From: an uncultured Bacteroidales bacterium
GTDB lineage: Bacteria; Bacteroidota; Bacteroidia; Bacteroidales; F082
Direction: 5' to 3'
Assembly: GCA_947305795.1 (NCBI GenBank)
Contig: CAMZEK010000007.1
Location: forward strand, 627 to 64,626
Length of the DNA: 64,000 nucleotides
This document shows positions 62,029-64,000 of this stretch, piece after piece. The translations under genes and the position numbers were made by a program. Position 1 is the stretch's first letter; each line of letters opens with the position of its first letter. The notes under the pieces were generated by a model, which did not search any database, had not been told where the DNA came from, and saw nothing but the letters and a program-made list of their open reading frames with translations.

Positions 62029-62073
62029 GCTGCAAAGAAAAAGCAAGCTTGTGCAGAATCGCAGCACAGGCTG
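62029..62073 (-). repeat. hairpin / T-tract / near -7 box cassette, diverged copy 3
   Basis: The minus strand reads CAGCCTGTGC-TGCGATTCT-GCACAAGCTT GCTTTTTCTTTGCAGC, about 72 nt upstream of ATG 61957. No minus-strand gene ends upstream of it. Confidence 0.7.
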
Positions 62074-62115
62074 TAATAAAACTTCAAAAAATGCTACGAT
62101 TCGTTTTTTTATTTC

Positions 62116-62123
62116 TACTTTTG
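62116..62123 (+). promoter_or_regulatory. Bacteroidota -7 promoter box (TAnnTTTG)
   Basis: TACTTTTG about 23 nt upstream of ATG 62147. Confidence 0.5.
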
Positions 62124-62146
62124 CAACCGAACAAAATACCTCCAAA

Positions 62147-62467
62147 ATGGAATACGAAGAAAACAACAATCCCGTCAGCATGGCTTCAGAACCTTCCGCC
62201 GCGTTGTATTATGGCTCAAGTACCAAACTCAGGGAAAGCGGCATCATCCCACAATTGTCTCACCTTGACAAGTCGGACACAATTTGGATTATCCGTTTTT
62301 TGCAACTGCAATTGGAACAGATGAGAGCAAAAGAGAACAATCTTCAAGAACAAGACATCGACCCGATGTTTGGGCTGGATTTCCTGAAAAGCATCCACAA
62401 AGACGTGCCCGATTTTGAGCAACTGAGAACTGAACATTTCCTTGACAAATATGGCATTGTATTATGA
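62147..62467 (+). CDS. putative antitoxin partner of the PIN toxin
   Basis: 106 aa starting at MEYEENNNP. ATGA overlap with the PIN gene. The track ORF (from 61625) is over-extended antisense into the neighbouring gene. I recognise no DNA-binding motif. Confidence 0.45.
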   Translation: MEYEENNNPVSMASEPSAALYYGSSTKLRESGIIPQLSHLDKSDTIWIIRFLQLQLEQMRAKENNLQEQDIDPMFGLDFLKSIHKDVPDFEQLRTEHFLDKYGIVL

Positions 62468-62910
62468 AGGTATTTCTCGACACCAATATTTTTGTTGAAT
62501 ACATTTATGAAAGAGAGCAATTTGCATCTGTTCAACGCATATTCAAAGCCATAAAGAACAAACAAATTGATGGAATCACTTCACACGCCACGTTTTACAC
62601 TTTGGCATATCTCTCCGACCAGATGTTAAAACACAAAGGAATCCATCGTCCAGAATTGACTGAACAAACCCGTGGAATTGTTCGTAGTATGCTTCAACTT
62701 GTTCCTGTTGGAAACATGGATTACGCTGACATGATTACAGGAGTTGATGACACTACATTTTCTGACATTGAGGACAGTTTTCAATACCAATGTGCCTTGC
62801 GAAACCGATGCGATTATCTAGTCACCATCAACATCAAAGATTTCCCAAATGTGCCACAAACATTGATGGAAATATTGACACCAAACGATTTCGTCGCGAA
62901 AGTCCTTTAA
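62464..62910 (+). CDS. PIN domain ribonuclease (VapC-like toxin)
   Basis: 'MKVFLDTNIFVEYI' (first acidic residue), 'DIEDSFQYQCA' and 'DYLVTINIKDF'. 148 aa. Confidence 0.8.
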   Translation: MKVFLDTNIFVEYIYEREQFASVQRIFKAIKNKQIDGITSHATFYTLAYLSDQMLKHKGIHRPELTEQTRGIVRSMLQLVPVGNMDYADMITGVDDTTFSDIEDSFQYQCALRNRCDYLVTINIKDFPNVPQTLMEILTPNDFVAKVL

Positions 62911-62968
62911 CTATAACCCAACACCCATCACTTCTTTTTTCAGCCAAAACCGCAAACCAGAACAGGCT

Positions 62969-63859
62969 TCACCCCTCCTCCTCCGGCTCCACATGAATAG
63001 AAATGTGCGTCTCCTCGCCGTAGCGTTCTTTCAGCAGGTGTTCCACCTCGGAGGCTTTATCGTGGGCTTCCTTCAGCGGGATGTCGCCGTCCATGAGGAT
63101 GTGCATCTCGATGGCGTAATGGTTGCCGATGCGTCGGGTGCAGAGATCGTGTGGCTCACTGACCCCCTGCACGCACTTCACGATGTCCAGAATCTCGTTC
63201 TCCACCTCCTCCGGCAACGACTGTTCCATCAGCTCGCCCATGCCGTTCTTGAGCAAGTCGATGGCCACCTTGACGATGAGTGCACCCACAGCGATGGAGG
63301 CAATCGGGTCGAGAACGGCCCAACGCTCACCCAACAGGATGGCACCGCCGATGCCGATGGCCGTCCCGACTGACGACAAAGCATCGCTGCGATGGTGCCA
63401 AGCGTTGGCCTTCATCGCCTGCGAGTCCAACTGTTCAGCTTTGCGTTTGGTGTATTGGAAAGTCAACTCTTTCAGCAAGATAGAAACCAAAGCCGCCACA
63501 AGTGCCAGTATCCCTGGCTGGGTCAAATTGCCGCCCTTGGCCCAAAAAGCAATCTTCTTGGCCCCATCGACGAAGATGCCCACGGCGACCGCAAACAGCG
63601 CGATGCCAATGAGGGTGGTCGCCAGGGTCTCGAACTTGCCGTGACCATAGTCGTGCGACTTGTCCTTGGGTTTGTGGCTGATGCGCACGAAAGCCAAGAC
63701 GATGATGTCAGTGACAAAATCCGACACCGAATGCACCGCGTCGGCAATCATGGCGGAACTGTGGCCGATGATGCCCGCCACAAACTTGAACACCACCAGC
63801 ACCACATTGACCGCGCTACCCCAAAGGGTCACTTTATAAACTTCTTTTTCCCTATCCAT
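62969..63859 (-). CDS. cation diffusion facilitator family transporter
   Basis: 296 aa. 'SSAMIADAVHSVSDFVTD', 'HDYGHGKFE' and 'NAWHHRSDALSS' are CDF signatures. It has a cytoplasmic C-terminal domain. Confidence 0.9.
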   Translation of the reverse strand: MDREKEVYKVTLWGSAVNVVLVVFKFVAGIIGHSSAMIADAVHSVSDFVTDIIVLAFVRISHKPKDKSHDYGHGKFETLATTLIGIALFAVAVGIFVDGAKKIAFWAKGGNLTQPGILALVAALVSILLKELTFQYTKRKAEQLDSQAMKANAWHHRSDALSSVGTAIGIGGAILLGERWAVLDPIASIAVGALIVKVAIDLLKNGMGELMEQSLPEEVENEILDIVKCVQGVSEPHDLCTRRIGNHYAIEMHILMDGDIPLKEAHDKASEVEHLLKERYGEETHISIHVEPEEEG

Positions 63860-64000
63860 TATGCCTTCTTTTCAGTCAAAATCATGAACAAAATCGCAAA
63901 CAGAATCAGCGCCACGCCGATAGCCACATTGAGCGTGAAAGCTTCCTTGAAAACCAACGTCCCGATGAAGATGGCCGTCAAGGGTTCGAGGATGCCGAGG
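63859..64000 (-). CDS. EamA/DMT-like transporter, C-terminal fragment (runs off the window)
   Basis: Minus-strand frame reads '...LGILEPLTAIFIGTLVFKEAFTLNVAIGVALILFAILFMILTEKKA*'. The stop overlaps the CDF start by 1 nt. Confidence 0.45.
   Translation of the reverse strand, partial: LGILEPLTAIFIGTLVFKEAFTLNVAIGVALILFAILFMILTEKKA

Noticed and set aside
61625-62467. 280-aa plus-strand ORF spanning the UDG-like gene antisense and the PIN partner.
   Set aside because: Only the last 106 codons (from ATG 62147, preceded by a TACTTTTG box) are credible. The upstream part is antisense to a better-supported gene and crosses the promoter cassette.
57007-62910. Calling the island an integrative mobile element or prophage remnant.
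   Set aside because: No integrase, transposase, conjugation or phage structural gene, att-like direct repeat or tRNA junction is visible. Only the compositional mosaic supports horizontal origin, so I report it as an island, not a mobile element.

Overview
This window is a Bacteroidota-type chromosomal segment. The evidence is TAnnTTTG -7 promoter boxes about 15-60 nt upstream of most starts, no Shine-Dalgarno sequences, and type IX secretion (T9SS) C-terminal sorting domains. It fits Prevotellaceae/Porphyromonadaceae-like genomes, but I cannot place it further without a database search. All family names are assigned from motifs read by eye; no search was run.

I call about 50 CDS and 2 tRNAs. 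There are no rRNA genes, CRISPR arrays, integrases or transposases.

The backbone is housekeeping:
- Transport and membrane: ABC permease, two tandem CPA2/Kef-type antiporters, H+/Na+-pyrophosphatase, nucleoside permease, MscS-type channel, DUF47-PiT-DUF47 phosphate module, CDF transporter.
- DNA metabolism: thyA-folA, topB, parC, and dnaE carrying an N-terminal DnaQ-like exonuclease.
- Other: acyl-CoA ligase, pncB, DUF349, tRNA-Ser/tRNA-Pro, PhzF-like protein, C69 dipeptidase, DUF58, trxA.

The accessory content is:
1. Four tandem, individually promoted C10 (streptopain/interpain-like) cysteine peptidase paralogues with T9SS tails (23.2-34.0 kb).
2. Three toxin-antitoxin-like modules: an MNT gene with a decayed HepT stub, an intact HEPN-MNT pair, and a PIN pair.
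3. A compositionally mosaic island of about 6 kb between dnaE and the CDF transporter (57.0-62.9 kb).

The island holds my best candidate for an undescribed system. It is a translationally coupled three-gene operon centred on a GTPase-only FtsZ/tubulin homologue that lacks the T7 loop and C-terminal domain and ends in a MinD-like basic amphipathic tail. Next to it are a stand-alone HAD phosphatase (RNA-repair type), a PDDEXK_4-like nuclease, a triple CCCH zinc-ribbon repeat protein, a UDG-superfamily-like protein and a PIN toxin pair. Three of these transcription units are preceded by copies of the same ~46-nt hairpin + T-tract + near-consensus -7 box cassette.

Other sequence-level oddities:
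- Perfectly 7-nt-phased AACTNNN leaders abut the start codons of topB, dnaE, folA and one antiporter gene.
- A 181-bp 7/8-nt tandem array of near-consensus -7 boxes lies upstream of the nucleoside permease.
- A ~69-nt near-perfect palindrome lies between trxA and the DUF58 gene.
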